Below are positions 27,779 through 36,673 of a stretch of DNA of 64,000 bases, piece after piece; within the stretch, counting starts at the first letter, position 1, and the number at the start of each line of letters is the position of its first letter. The stretch covers positions 9,350,583 through 9,414,582 of the forward strand of contig NZ_CP150338.1 in assembly GCF_051474125.1 (NCBI RefSeq), written 5' to 3'. The DNA is from Sorangium sp. So ce388. GTDB lineage: Bacteria > Myxococcota_A > Polyangia > Polyangiales > Polyangiaceae. Under the pieces are notes generated by a model that was not told where the DNA came from, searched no databases, and saw only the letters and a program-made list of their open reading frames with translations. Made by a program: the position numbers and the translations under genes.

Positions 27779-28340
27779 CCCCTCCTGCAGACCGGCCGCC
27801 CTCCTGCGCAACCTCGCCGTCCGCCTGCGCAGACCGGCCGCTCCTCCGCTCCTCCTGCGCAGGTCCGCCGCCCGCCAACACAGACCCGCCGCCTCTGCTG
27901 CGCCCCCCCGCCGCCCGCCTGCGCAGACCGGCCGCCCCTCCTGCGCAGCCCCGCCGCCCGCCTGCGCAAACCGGCCGCCCCTCCTGCGCAGCCCCGCCGC
28001 CCCTCCTGCGCAGCCCCGCCGCCCGCCTGCGCAAACCGGCCGCCCCTCCTGCGCAGCCCCGCCGCCCTCCTGTGCACCTGATTTCGTGAACTACGCTACA
28101 GTCGCGCGCCCCCCTGCGCAGTCCGTTCTGTACCCTGCACAACAAAATTGCGGCTCCTGCGCAGCCCCGCCGCCCTCCTGCGCCGCTCGTCGCCCCCTCC
28201 TGCGCACCCCCGCCGCCTTCCTGCGCAACCCAGCCCTCCTCCTGCGCAGCCCTTTCTGTGTCCTGCGCAACCCCCGCCCCCCTCCTGCGCAGCCCTTTCT
28301 GTGTCCTGCGCAACACTTCCCCCTCCTGCGCATCCCCCCC
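27779..28340. repeat. Array B: about 26 copies of the CCTGCGCA-core 21-22 bp repeat, a longer version of array A.
   Basis: The first ~330 bp are identical to array A including the AT-richer island (28070-28140). Extra units at 28150-28340 (cctgcgcagccctttctgtgt... variants) follow. Confidence 0.7.
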
Positions 28341-28562
28341 GCCAGCCCCATGGCCCGCTGCTCGCTGCGCGCGCCCGGCACGCCGCCCCGCTCGACTCCG
28401 CGGCACACCACCTCTCTCAACCTCTTAAGCCAGGTACATCCTCGTGACGTGAACGAAACGTGCTCTCTTCTGGCTCATGCCTTAAACCGCCAATACCCTC
28501 GCCGATTCTCCGGCCCCTCAATCCGAGGGGCGCTGGCCCCGACAAGGAGGCGTATCTTTCGC

Positions 28563-29552
28563 ATGGCAACGAAGGCATCCACCACCACGGCATCAGCGAT
28601 CAACAGGGCTGCGAAGAAGCGCGCTTCACGCGAGGCGCAGGGCGCGCCTCGCTCCTCTCCCAGAGAAGCAGCGTACACGCTCAGCGCCGCCCGGGAGGCC
28701 GAGCTCGTCCGAGAGGCCGAGTCACTCGGCGACAACACACTGTATTTTCCCGGCAAGCTCGCCCGGCGCGTCATCTGGGCGAGCCGTATCCAGCTCGCCG
28801 CCGAGCGCGACTCGGCGGATCTCGTCCGCACCCCCTTCCCCGACGACGAGCCGCCGCTCACCCGCGACGAGATCCACGGGCTCCGCGACAAGATCGAGCT
28901 CCTGCGCATCACCCAATCGCGCTGGCAAGCCGCGCAGCAGCGCCAGGAGCGGGCCGCCGCGACCTTCGCGAAGCCAGCCGCCGAGGCCGCCGTTCACCGG
29001 CAAACGCTCCTCCGCTTCTTCGACCTCCGCTTCAAGAAGAGCGCCGAGGGTCAAAAGCGGCTCATGGCCATCCGCGCGGGCAACGGCGACGCGGATCTGG
29101 TCCAGGACGTCTCCGACCTGCTCTTGCTGTGCTCCGAGCACGCCGAGGCCATCGACAAGGCACCTCGCGGCGAGGCCGCCGCCGTGGCCCGCCTCCGCGA
29201 GCTCTCGCCGCTGCTCGCGCGCATGCTCGCCGACAAGACGCTCTCCCCCGAGGCGCTGCGCTCGCGCAAGCTCCGCGACGCCGCGTACACGCTCGTCGTG
29301 AACGCCGAGCGAAGGCTGCGCGCCGCCGCGGAGTACTGGTACGCCGGCACGGACAAGACGAAAGACTACGCGCCTTTCCCCGTCTCCCGCGGCGCCGCGT
29401 CCACCGGAGGAGAAGAGGAAGGCGAGGCCGGCGCGGAGGACGACGGCGCGCTGGACGAGGACGAAACGGATGGCGGCGCGCCCAACGAGGGCGATGAGCA
29501 AGATGAGGCGCCGGAAGACGTCACCCCCGGTGAGGACGAGGACGAGCGATGA
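28563..29552 (+). CDS. Hypothetical helical protein with a highly acidic C-terminal tail.
   Basis: ATG at 28563 (MATKASTTT...). No signal peptide. Ends in E/D-rich ...EDDGALDEDETDGGAPNEGDEQDEAPEDVTPGEDEDER. The upstream part of the ORF-track ORF (27495..) is translated repeat array. Confidence 0.45.
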   Translation: MATKASTTTASAINRAAKKRASREAQGAPRSSPREAAYTLSAAREAELVREAESLGDNTLYFPGKLARRVIWASRIQLAAERDSADLVRTPFPDDEPPLTRDEIHGLRDKIELLRITQSRWQAAQQRQERAAATFAKPAAEAAVHRQTLLRFFDLRFKKSAEGQKRLMAIRAGNGDADLVQDVSDLLLLCSEHAEAIDKAPRGEAAAVARLRELSPLLARMLADKTLSPEALRSRKLRDAAYTLVVNAERRLRAAAEYWYAGTDKTKDYAPFPVSRGAASTGGEEEGEAGAEDDGALDEDETDGGAPNEGDEQDEAPEDVTPGEDEDER

Positions 29553-29926
29553 CCGCCCTGAACCGTGGCCGCACGGCCGAGGGCCTCGGCGCGAGCGAAC
29601 GCCGCCCTCCACGCCGGCGAGGCGCTCAACGCATCGTACACGGGTAAGCTGGCCGAGTGATCGAGGCGCGCGGCGCGGCCAGGCCCGCCGCGGCCCGGTC
29701 GCGCGGCGGGCTCGCGCCCAGGCGCTCTGCCCGCAGGCCGCTCGGCCCCGGATCGGCGCGGCTCCCCGCGGACCCCTGTCCGAACCCGTCAAGCCTTTTC
29801 GGCGGCGCACCGGCCGGCCGAATTTGACCCCACGCCTCCCCTCGCTGTGATCCAATCGGACACGCCGGTCGCGGGCGCCGATCGCGCGTCACCCTCCCTG
29901 CGCCCGCGCCCTGCTCGCGTCTGCCC

Positions 29927-30784
29927 ATGGCCGAGGTGCTCGCCGCGTCGCTGCTGTTCCCTGCCGTGCTCTTCACGGTCGTGCTCGCGCTCGCCCTCAT
30001 CTACTGGCTGTTCGTGCTCCTCGGCGCGCTCGACCTCGACCTGCTCGGCGGCGCCCATGGCGACGCCGCGCCCGACCTCGGCGCGCTGCCAGGCGCCGCC
30101 AAGGGCGCGCTCGAGGGCGCCGCCAAGGGCGCGCTCGAAGGCGCCGCCAAGGGCGCCGCGGAGGGCCTCGCCGACGGGGGCGACGGCGCCGACGGCGTCG
30201 GCTCGGTGCTCGTCGCGCTGCAGCTCCACCGCGTGCCCGCGACCGTGACGATCACGCTGATCGCGACGTTCGGCTGGTTCACCAGCGCCCTGTCCACGAT
30301 GCTCGCCGAGCCGGCCTGGGTCGGCGCCGGGCTGCCGCGCTGGGCGCTCGGCCTCGCGGTGCTCGCGGGGTCGCTCACCGTCGCCGTCCTCTTGACCTCG
30401 CTGGCGGTGCGGCCGCTCGGCCCGCTGTTCGTGACCCGCCACGCCACGTCGAAGAAGGACCTCGTCGGCCGCGTGTGCGTCATCTCCACCGGGCGCGTCG
30501 ACGAGCGCTTCGGCCAGGCGGTCATCGACGAGGGCGGCGCGAGCCACATCCTCGACGTGCGCAGCGACACGCCCGGCGCCCTCCGCCGCGGCGACCGCGC
30601 GCTGCTGGTGAGCTGGGACCCGGGCGGCGAGGTCTTCAGCGTCGAGCCGCTCGACGCCCTGCTGGGCCCGCCGCCGCCCCTCGCCGAGCGCGTTGCGTCC
30701 CCCGCGGAAGCCTCGCCGCGCGACGTCGAGGCCGACGACGCCCCCACAGCAGGCGACAGGGAAGCGCGCCAGCGCCGCAGCTGA
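29927..30784 (+). CDS. NfeD/YqiJ-like membrane protein (DUF1449-like): N-terminal TM helices plus a C-terminal OB-fold.
   Basis: N-terminal hydrophobic helices are followed by a C-terminal beta-rich soluble block (GRVCVISTGRVDERFGQAVIDEGGASHILDVRSD). It lies immediately upstream of a flotillin gene, the typical yqiJ-yqiK arrangement. Confidence 0.7.
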   Translation: MAEVLAASLLFPAVLFTVVLALALIYWLFVLLGALDLDLLGGAHGDAAPDLGALPGAAKGALEGAAKGALEGAAKGAAEGLADGGDGADGVGSVLVALQLHRVPATVTITLIATFGWFTSALSTMLAEPAWVGAGLPRWALGLAVLAGSLTVAVLLTSLAVRPLGPLFVTRHATSKKDLVGRVCVISTGRVDERFGQAVIDEGGASHILDVRSDTPGALRRGDRALLVSWDPGGEVFSVEPLDALLGPPPPLAERVASPAEASPRDVEADDAPTAGDREARQRRS

Positions 30785-30944
30785 ACGCCGCTGGCGCGCT
30801 GGCGGTTTCGTGTACGCTCTCCCCCGAGGGGGCATCGTGCGGCCCCCTATCCGGCTCAGGTCTGTGCGCCTGACCCTCGCTCACGCGGAAGCGGGCGCGG
30901 GGGCCGGCGCCCTCCCCTCGCCGGACAACGCGAAGGAGCTCCGC

Positions 30945-33164
30945 GTGCCCACTCTGACCGTCCCCCTCATCATCGCCCTCGTCGGTGTCCTCGCCTTCGT
31001 CACCTTCGGGATGCTGGTCATGTACGCCAAGTTCTACCGCCAGGTGGATCAGGGCAAGGCGCTGATCATCAACACGAGAGGCGAAGATCCCATCGTCACC
31101 TTCACCGGGACGCTGGTGATCCCGATCATCCACCGCGCCGAGTACATGGATATCTCGGTCAAGACGATCGAGATCGACCGGCGCGGCAAGGAGGGCCTCA
31201 TCTGCAAGGACAACATCCGCGCGGACATCAAGGTCACCTTCTTCGTGCAGGTGAACAAGACGCAGGACGACGTGCGCACGGTCGCCCGGACCATCGGCTG
31301 CGTCCGCGCGTCGAACCCGGAGACGCTCGAGCAGCTCTTCGCCGCGAAGTTCTCCGAGGCGCTGAAGACCGTGGGCAAGCGCCTGAACTTCGAGGACCTC
31401 TACAAGGAGCGGCAGAAGTTCAAGGACGACATCCTCGACGTCATCGGCAAGGACCTGAGCGGGTTCGTGCTCGCCGACGCGGCGATCGACTACCTGGAGC
31501 AGACGCCCGTCGAGCTGCTCGACAAGGACAACATCATGGATGCCGAGGGCATCCGGAAGATCACCGAGCTCACGGTCGCGCAGAACGTGCTCACGAACGA
31601 GCTCCGCCAGAAGGAGCGGATGGAGATCGGCAGCCAGAACCTGAACTCCGACGAGGCCGTCTTCCGCTTCGAGCAGCGCCGGGCCGAGGCCGAGGCGAAG
31701 AAGGCGAAGGAGATCGCGGTGGCGCAGGCGCGCGAGCAGAACGAGGCCGCGCGCATCACCAGCGAGGAGCGCAAGAAGACGGTGCTCCTCCAGGAGAAGA
31801 ACGACGAGGAGGCCTTCATCGCCCGCGAGGCGAAGGAGCGCGGCGTCTCCGTCGCCCAGAAGAACAAGGAGCGGGAGGTCGCCGTCGAGACCGAGCGGGT
31901 CGAGAAGGCGCGGCAGCTCGAGATCGTGAGCCGCGAGCGCGACGTGGCGCTCCAGCAGATCGCCCGCGAGAAGGAGCTGGAGCTCCAGCGCAAGGACATC
32001 GCCGACGTGGTCCGGGCGCGGATCGCGGTCGAGAAGACGGTGGCCGAGGAGGAGGAGCGGATCAAGGACGTGCGCGCCGTGGCCGAGGCGACGCGCCTCA
32101 AGGACGTGACGCGCATCAACGCCGAGGCCGAGGCGCAGGAGCAGCTCGTCAAGCACATCAAGGGCGCCGAGGCGAGCGAGGAGGCGGCGAAGTTCCGGGC
32201 GCGCGAGAAGCTCATCACGGCCGACGCCGAGCTCGAGGCGAGCGACAAGGCCGCGCGCGCGAAGATCCGGATCGCCGAGGGCGTGCAGGCCGAGTCCGCG
32301 GCCGAGGGGCTGGCGCGCATCCGCGTGAAGGAGGCCGACGCGCAGGCGATCGAGAAGCAGGGGTTCGCCGAGGCGCGCGTGGCGCTCGAGAAGATGAACG
32401 CCGCCGCCGTCGGCGAGGAGAAGCAGGGCCTCGCGCGGGTGCTCGTGAAGGAGGCGGAGGCGCAGGCGATCGAGAAGCAGGGGCGCGCCGAGGCGCTCGT
32501 CGCCCGGGAGCGGCTCCTCGCCGAGGCCGCCGGCATCGAGCAGAAGGGGCTCGCGGCCGCGAGGACGCGCGAGGCCGAGGCGCTGGCCGTGGAGAAGACG
32601 GGCCTCGCCGAGGCGACGGCGATCAAGCAGCGGCTGCTGGCCGAGGCCGCGGGCACGGCGGAGAAGGCGGCGGCCATGAAGGCGCTCGACGGCGTCGGGC
32701 GCGAGCACGAGGAGTTCCGTCTCCGGCTCGAGAAGGAGCGGGCGGTGGAGCTCGAGTCGCTGCGCATCCGGGCCGAGATCGCGCGGGCGCAGGCCGAGAT
32801 CCTGCGGGGCGCGTTCGAGCAGGCGAAGATCAACATCGTGGGCGGCGACGGGGCGTTCTTCGACCGCTTCGTCAAGGCGGTCACCCTCGGCCAGTCGGTC
32901 GACGGCATGGTCGACCAGAGCGCCACGGTGCGCGCGCTGGTCGGCGACTACCTGAACGGCAACGCGAGCCTCCCCGAGGACCTGAAGCAGCTCGTCACCC
33001 ACCCCGCGCCCCTCGCGCGGCCCAAGGACGGCACGCTGTCCGGAATGCTCACGTCGCTCCTGCCCGGCACCGACGACGACGGCAAGAAGAAGCTCCAGGC
33101 GCTCGCCGAGAAGGCGCGGGAGCTCGGCCTCGACGATCTCGCCCAGCGAGGCCCGCGCGCCTGA
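30945..33164 (+). CDS. Flotillin/SPFH (band 7) family protein (YqiK-like) with a long coiled-coil C-terminus.
   Basis: GTG start at 30945, 8 nt after a GAAGGAG SD. N-terminal TM helix. SPFH core (…IINTRGEDPIVTFTGTLVIPIIHRAEYMDISVKTIEI…). The C-terminus is rich in EAEAQAIEKQG/AEA repeats. Confidence 0.85.
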   Translation: MPTLTVPLIIALVGVLAFVTFGMLVMYAKFYRQVDQGKALIINTRGEDPIVTFTGTLVIPIIHRAEYMDISVKTIEIDRRGKEGLICKDNIRADIKVTFFVQVNKTQDDVRTVARTIGCVRASNPETLEQLFAAKFSEALKTVGKRLNFEDLYKERQKFKDDILDVIGKDLSGFVLADAAIDYLEQTPVELLDKDNIMDAEGIRKITELTVAQNVLTNELRQKERMEIGSQNLNSDEAVFRFEQRRAEAEAKKAKEIAVAQAREQNEAARITSEERKKTVLLQEKNDEEAFIAREAKERGVSVAQKNKEREVAVETERVEKARQLEIVSRERDVALQQIAREKELELQRKDIADVVRARIAVEKTVAEEEERIKDVRAVAEATRLKDVTRINAEAEAQEQLVKHIKGAEASEEAAKFRAREKLITADAELEASDKAARAKIRIAEGVQAESAAEGLARIRVKEADAQAIEKQGFAEARVALEKMNAAAVGEEKQGLARVLVKEAEAQAIEKQGRAEALVARERLLAEAAGIEQKGLAAARTREAEALAVEKTGLAEATAIKQRLLAEAAGTAEKAAAMKALDGVGREHEEFRLRLEKERAVELESLRIRAEIARAQAEILRGAFEQAKINIVGGDGAFFDRFVKAVTLGQSVDGMVDQSATVRALVGDYLNGNASLPEDLKQLVTHPAPLARPKDGTLSGMLTSLLPGTDDDGKKKLQALAEKARELGLDDLAQRGPRA

Positions 33165-33315
33165 GCGGCGCTCCCCCGCCCCGGATACGGGGCCACCTCG
33201 ACATTTCCGTGCTCGGCGCGCAGGCGTAGAAGCGCGCCTGTTCGCCGGAAACGCCGATCTGGGCCCGCCGCGTGGCAGGGCCCTCGCGCGCCCTGGCCCC
33301 GACGGTGCTCCAGCA

Positions 33316-36300
33316 GCTGAACGCTCAGCGACCGGGAGGCACCAGACGGCGGCGAAGGAGGTACTGAATGCAATCGAGCTGGTTACTGGGCGTTGGCCTG
33401 GCCTGCGCGGCGGTGGCGCTGCCAGCGGGCGAGGTCTGGGCGGCCGGAGCGCCGTCCTGGGAAAGCTTGCCCTCGATGATCACCCCGCGCGGCGGGCACA
33501 CGGCCACGTTGCTCCCGGACGGCCGCGTGCTCGTGGCGGGGGGCCACGGCAGCGACGGGACCGTGCTCCTCCGCGAGGCCGAGCTCTACGACCCGGCGAG
33601 CAAGACGTGGGCGCCCGCAGCGCCGCTTCCCAGCCCGCTCCGCGAGGTCGCCGCGACGGTCGTCCTGCCGGACGGGCTGGCGCTCTCGACGGACGGCGAG
33701 CATGTCGAGGTCTACTCCCCGGCTCTCGATCTGTGGAGCGCGGCGGCGCCCCTGACTCCGGCGCTCACGGCGCCCAAGGCCGTGCTCCTCCCGGGCGGCA
33801 AGCTGATGATGCTCGGCGGCGCGTCGGGCTCCCTCGCGGGCAGCATCTATGATGACCTCGCGGGCACATGGACCCCCATCCGATCGCTGAGCGGCGCGGC
33901 CGCCGCGACCGCGACATTGCTCCAGGACGGCCGCGTGCTCGCGGTGAACAACGGCCGCGGCAACATCTACGATCCGGAGACCGATTCCTGGACACCGTCC
34001 TACGGGGCCACCCTATGGTCCCCGACGTACCGCGCGACGCGGCTCGCCAGCGGCGACGTCCTCTTCGTGGGCGGATACGACTTCTCGTCCCAGACACCCT
34101 CGCAGCTTTACCTCCACGAGGCCGATCTCTGGCTGGCGATCCCGGGGCACGACCCCTTCTACTACCCGTATCCTGACTGCTTGCCGGTCGGGGGGGGCTT
34201 CGACAGCGGCCTGGGCGTCTCGCTGCTCCCCAGCGGACGCGTCCTCCTGACAGGAGGCATGGTGTCGTACAAATGCGGATACGAGGACGAAAATGGCCAG
34301 TTCGTGGTCTGGTCGCGCTACAGCGAGTTCAGCGCCGAGCAGGCGGTCTATGATCCGGCGTGGGCGGCCTGGGTGCCCCTCGACGTGGAGCCGCCGGAGA
34401 CGATGGCGCGCGCGGAGCACACGGTGACGAGCCTCCATGACGGCAGCGTGCTGATCGCCGGCGGGCTGGTCGCGTCCGACGTGCCCGCCGGCGCGCCGGT
34501 GCCGACGGCCTCCGCCATGCTCTTCCACGAGCGCGCGCCGCTCGGAGGGGCCTGCGAGGCCAGCGGCGACTGCGCCAGCGGCTTCTGCGCGGATTCGGTC
34601 TGCTGCGACGCGGCCTGCGCCGGTGCGTGCGACGCGTGCGCGGCCGCCGCGGGGGCCACGAAGGACGGCGCCTGCACGCCGCTCTCGGGCACGCCCTGTG
34701 ACGACAGCGACGCGTGCATCGAGGGAGGCGTCTGCGAGGCGGGCACCTGCGCTGGCGGCACCCCGGCGCCCGACGGAACCCCGTGCAACGACGGCGAGGT
34801 GTGCTCCGCGACGAGCACGTGCGAGGGGGGCGCCTGCGTCGCGGCGAGCCCGGCGAGCTGCGAGCCGCCGGACGGCTGTCACGAGCCGCCCGCGTGCGAT
34901 CCTGCGCTCGGGTGCTCGGGGCCCGCGTCCGAGAAGCCGGACGGCGCGCGCTGCGATGTCGAGGGGACGCCGGATGCCTGGCAGACCGCGGCGCGGATGC
35001 CGAACGAGATGAAGCACGCGCACACGGCCACGTTGCTGCAGGACGGCACGGTGCTGGTCATGGGGACGGAGGATAGCTCTGGCAACCGCTGGAGGGCGAT
35101 GCGCTACGACCCGAGCCTCGATCAATGGCAGCTCATCGGGGGGGTTCTGCCGGTGGTGCGGTCGATCATGTACGCCACGCTGCTGCAGGACGGCACGATG
35201 CTCGTGGCCAGTCGCGGCCGCGTGGACCGGTTCAACCCGGCCACGGGCGCATGGCAAGCGGCCGCGCCCATGCTCCTGAGTCACTCGGCGGGCACGGTGA
35301 CGCGGCTCCAGGACGGGAGGGTGCTCGTCACGGGGGGCAGCGCCGGAGAGGCGGAGGTGTATGACCCCGCCGCGGACGCCTGGACCCTGGTCGCGCCCGG
35401 GACTGCGGGGCTACGGAGTCCCAGGGCGACGCTGCTCCAGGACGGCAGAGTGCTCGTCACGGGCGGCGGCGACGACGTGATGCTCTCGGAGGTGTATGAC
35501 CCGGCGGCCGACGTCTGGACGCCTGTGGCTTCGATGATCTCGGTACGCTCGGGGTATACGGCCACGCTGCTCCACGACGGCAGGGTGCTCGTCTTGGGGG
35601 GCAACTCCGAGGGCATCCCCCTCGCGACAGCCGAGCTCTACGATCCGGCGAGCGACACCTGGACGCCAGCGGCGGAGATGGCCACCCGGCGGGATGGGAC
35701 TCGGGCCGTGCTCCTCGCCGACGGCAGGGTGCTCGTGGCGGGCAATCTGGACGGTCAGTATTCGCTCGATTATACGGCTGAGCTTTACGATCCGGCGAGG
35801 GACATCTGGTCGCCGGGGCCAGCCATGGACATGCCGCTCACCTATAGCGTGGCGGTGCGGCTGGAGGACGGACGCGTTCTGATGGCGGGCGGCCGGCTCG
35901 GCAGTGTGTACTACCCGTCCCCCCTCGCGCACCTCTATGTTCCTGGGCAGGGTCCGGGCACAGGGGTGTGCCAGGCTGGCGTATGCTTGCCGAGCGCAGG
36001 TGGAGAGGGTGGCGCCGGCGGCAGCGGCGGTGAGGCCAGCGGCGCCGGCGGCAGCGGCGGCGAGGCCAGCGGCGCCGGCGGCAGCGGCGGTGACGCGAGT
36101 GGCGCCGGCGGCCGAAGCGATGCTGCCAGCGGCGGTGGCATGAGCGGCAGCGGAGGCAGCGGAGCTGGCGGCAGCGGGGCTGGCGGCAGCGGGGGCGATG
36201 CCAGCACAGCTGGCGGCGGCGATACCACGAGCACGAGCGCGGGCCATGGCAGCGGGACGGGCGAAGGGGGTAGCGCCGGTGAAACCGGCGCGCAGAGCGG

Positions 36301-36611
36301 CGCTGGCGGCGGCCCGCCAGGTGGATACATCGCTGGTTGGTATTGCCAGATGGGGCCCGGAATCCAGGATACACCCACATGGCTCGTCCTCGTCGGGGGG
36401 CTCGCTGCGCTGCGCGTACGCCGGCGCTCCGCGCGGCTCCGCGGTGACGCGGTGACGCGCCCGCGCAGCCCGACGTGACGTCGGTCGACAGCAGCGCTTC
36501 CCTTCGCCATCAATCCGGGGGAATCCACGAGTCGTAGCGTCAGGTGTTCTATGCCGACCAGCGCGTACAGCATGGCTGTACGACGGGACGGCCGATTCGA
36601 GGAGCCTGGCT
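33316..36611. repeat. Tandem duplication unit 1 of the Kelch/MYXO-CTERM gene with its flanks (~3.3 kb).
   Basis: Upstream 60 bp (agctgaacgctcagcgaccgggaggcaccagac.gcggcgaaggaggtactgaATG) and downstream ~150 bp are repeated at 36612..39951. The genes are ~85-90% identical. Confidence 0.7.
33368..36478 (+). CDS. Secreted Kelch-repeat propeller protein with a central Cys-rich domain, a second propeller, a Gly/Ser-rich linker and a MYXO-CTERM-like sorting tail.
   Basis: Signal peptide MQSSWLLGVGLACAAVALPAGEVWA. Recurring LLxDGRVLVxGG Kelch blades. Cys-rich block GGACEASGDCASGFCADSVCCDAAC... A GGSGGEASGAGG repeat. The tail ...WYCQMGPGIQDTPTWLVLVGGLAALRVRRRS is Cys, then TM, then an Arg cluster. 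Confidence 0.8.
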   Translation: MQSSWLLGVGLACAAVALPAGEVWAAGAPSWESLPSMITPRGGHTATLLPDGRVLVAGGHGSDGTVLLREAELYDPASKTWAPAAPLPSPLREVAATVVLPDGLALSTDGEHVEVYSPALDLWSAAAPLTPALTAPKAVLLPGGKLMMLGGASGSLAGSIYDDLAGTWTPIRSLSGAAAATATLLQDGRVLAVNNGRGNIYDPETDSWTPSYGATLWSPTYRATRLASGDVLFVGGYDFSSQTPSQLYLHEADLWLAIPGHDPFYYPYPDCLPVGGGFDSGLGVSLLPSGRVLLTGGMVSYKCGYEDENGQFVVWSRYSEFSAEQAVYDPAWAAWVPLDVEPPETMARAEHTVTSLHDGSVLIAGGLVASDVPAGAPVPTASAMLFHERAPLGGACEASGDCASGFCADSVCCDAACAGACDACAAAAGATKDGACTPLSGTPCDDSDACIEGGVCEAGTCAGGTPAPDGTPCNDGEVCSATSTCEGGACVAASPASCEPPDGCHEPPACDPALGCSGPASEKPDGARCDVEGTPDAWQTAARMPNEMKHAHTATLLQDGTVLVMGTEDSSGNRWRAMRYDPSLDQWQLIGGVLPVVRSIMYATLLQDGTMLVASRGRVDRFNPATGAWQAAAPMLLSHSAGTVTRLQDGRVLVTGGSAGEAEVYDPAADAWTLVAPGTAGLRSPRATLLQDGRVLVTGGGDDVMLSEVYDPAADVWTPVASMISVRSGYTATLLHDGRVLVLGGNSEGIPLATAELYDPASDTWTPAAEMATRRDGTRAVLLADGRVLVAGNLDGQYSLDYTAELYDPARDIWSPGPAMDMPLTYSVAVRLEDGRVLMAGGRLGSVYYPSPLAHLYVPGQGPGTGVCQAGVCLPSAGGEGGAGGSGGEASGAGGSGGEASGAGGSGGDASGAGGRSDAASGGGMSGSGGSGAGGSGAGGSGGDASTAGGGDTTSTSAGHGSGTGEGGSAGETGAQSGAGGGPPGGYIAGWYCQMGPGIQDTPTWLVLVGGLAALRVRRRSARLRGDAVTRPRSPT

Positions 36612-36673
36612 TTCGCCAGGAGCTGAACGCTCAGCGACCGGGAGGCACCAGACAGCGGCGAAGGAGGTACTGA

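Larger units (their letters stand above)
24606..28340. repeat. Tandem duplication unit B: Z' fragment, then X2, Y2, W2 and repeat array B.
   Basis: Second copy of the module. See unit A. Confidence 0.7.

Noticed and set aside
24125-28340. Possible CRISPR arrays (regularly spaced direct repeats).
   Set aside because: Repeat units are degenerate, only 21-22 bp including the variable part, with no unique spacer sequences. The flanks are near-identical copies. It is a minisatellite-like or iteron-like array, not CRISPR.
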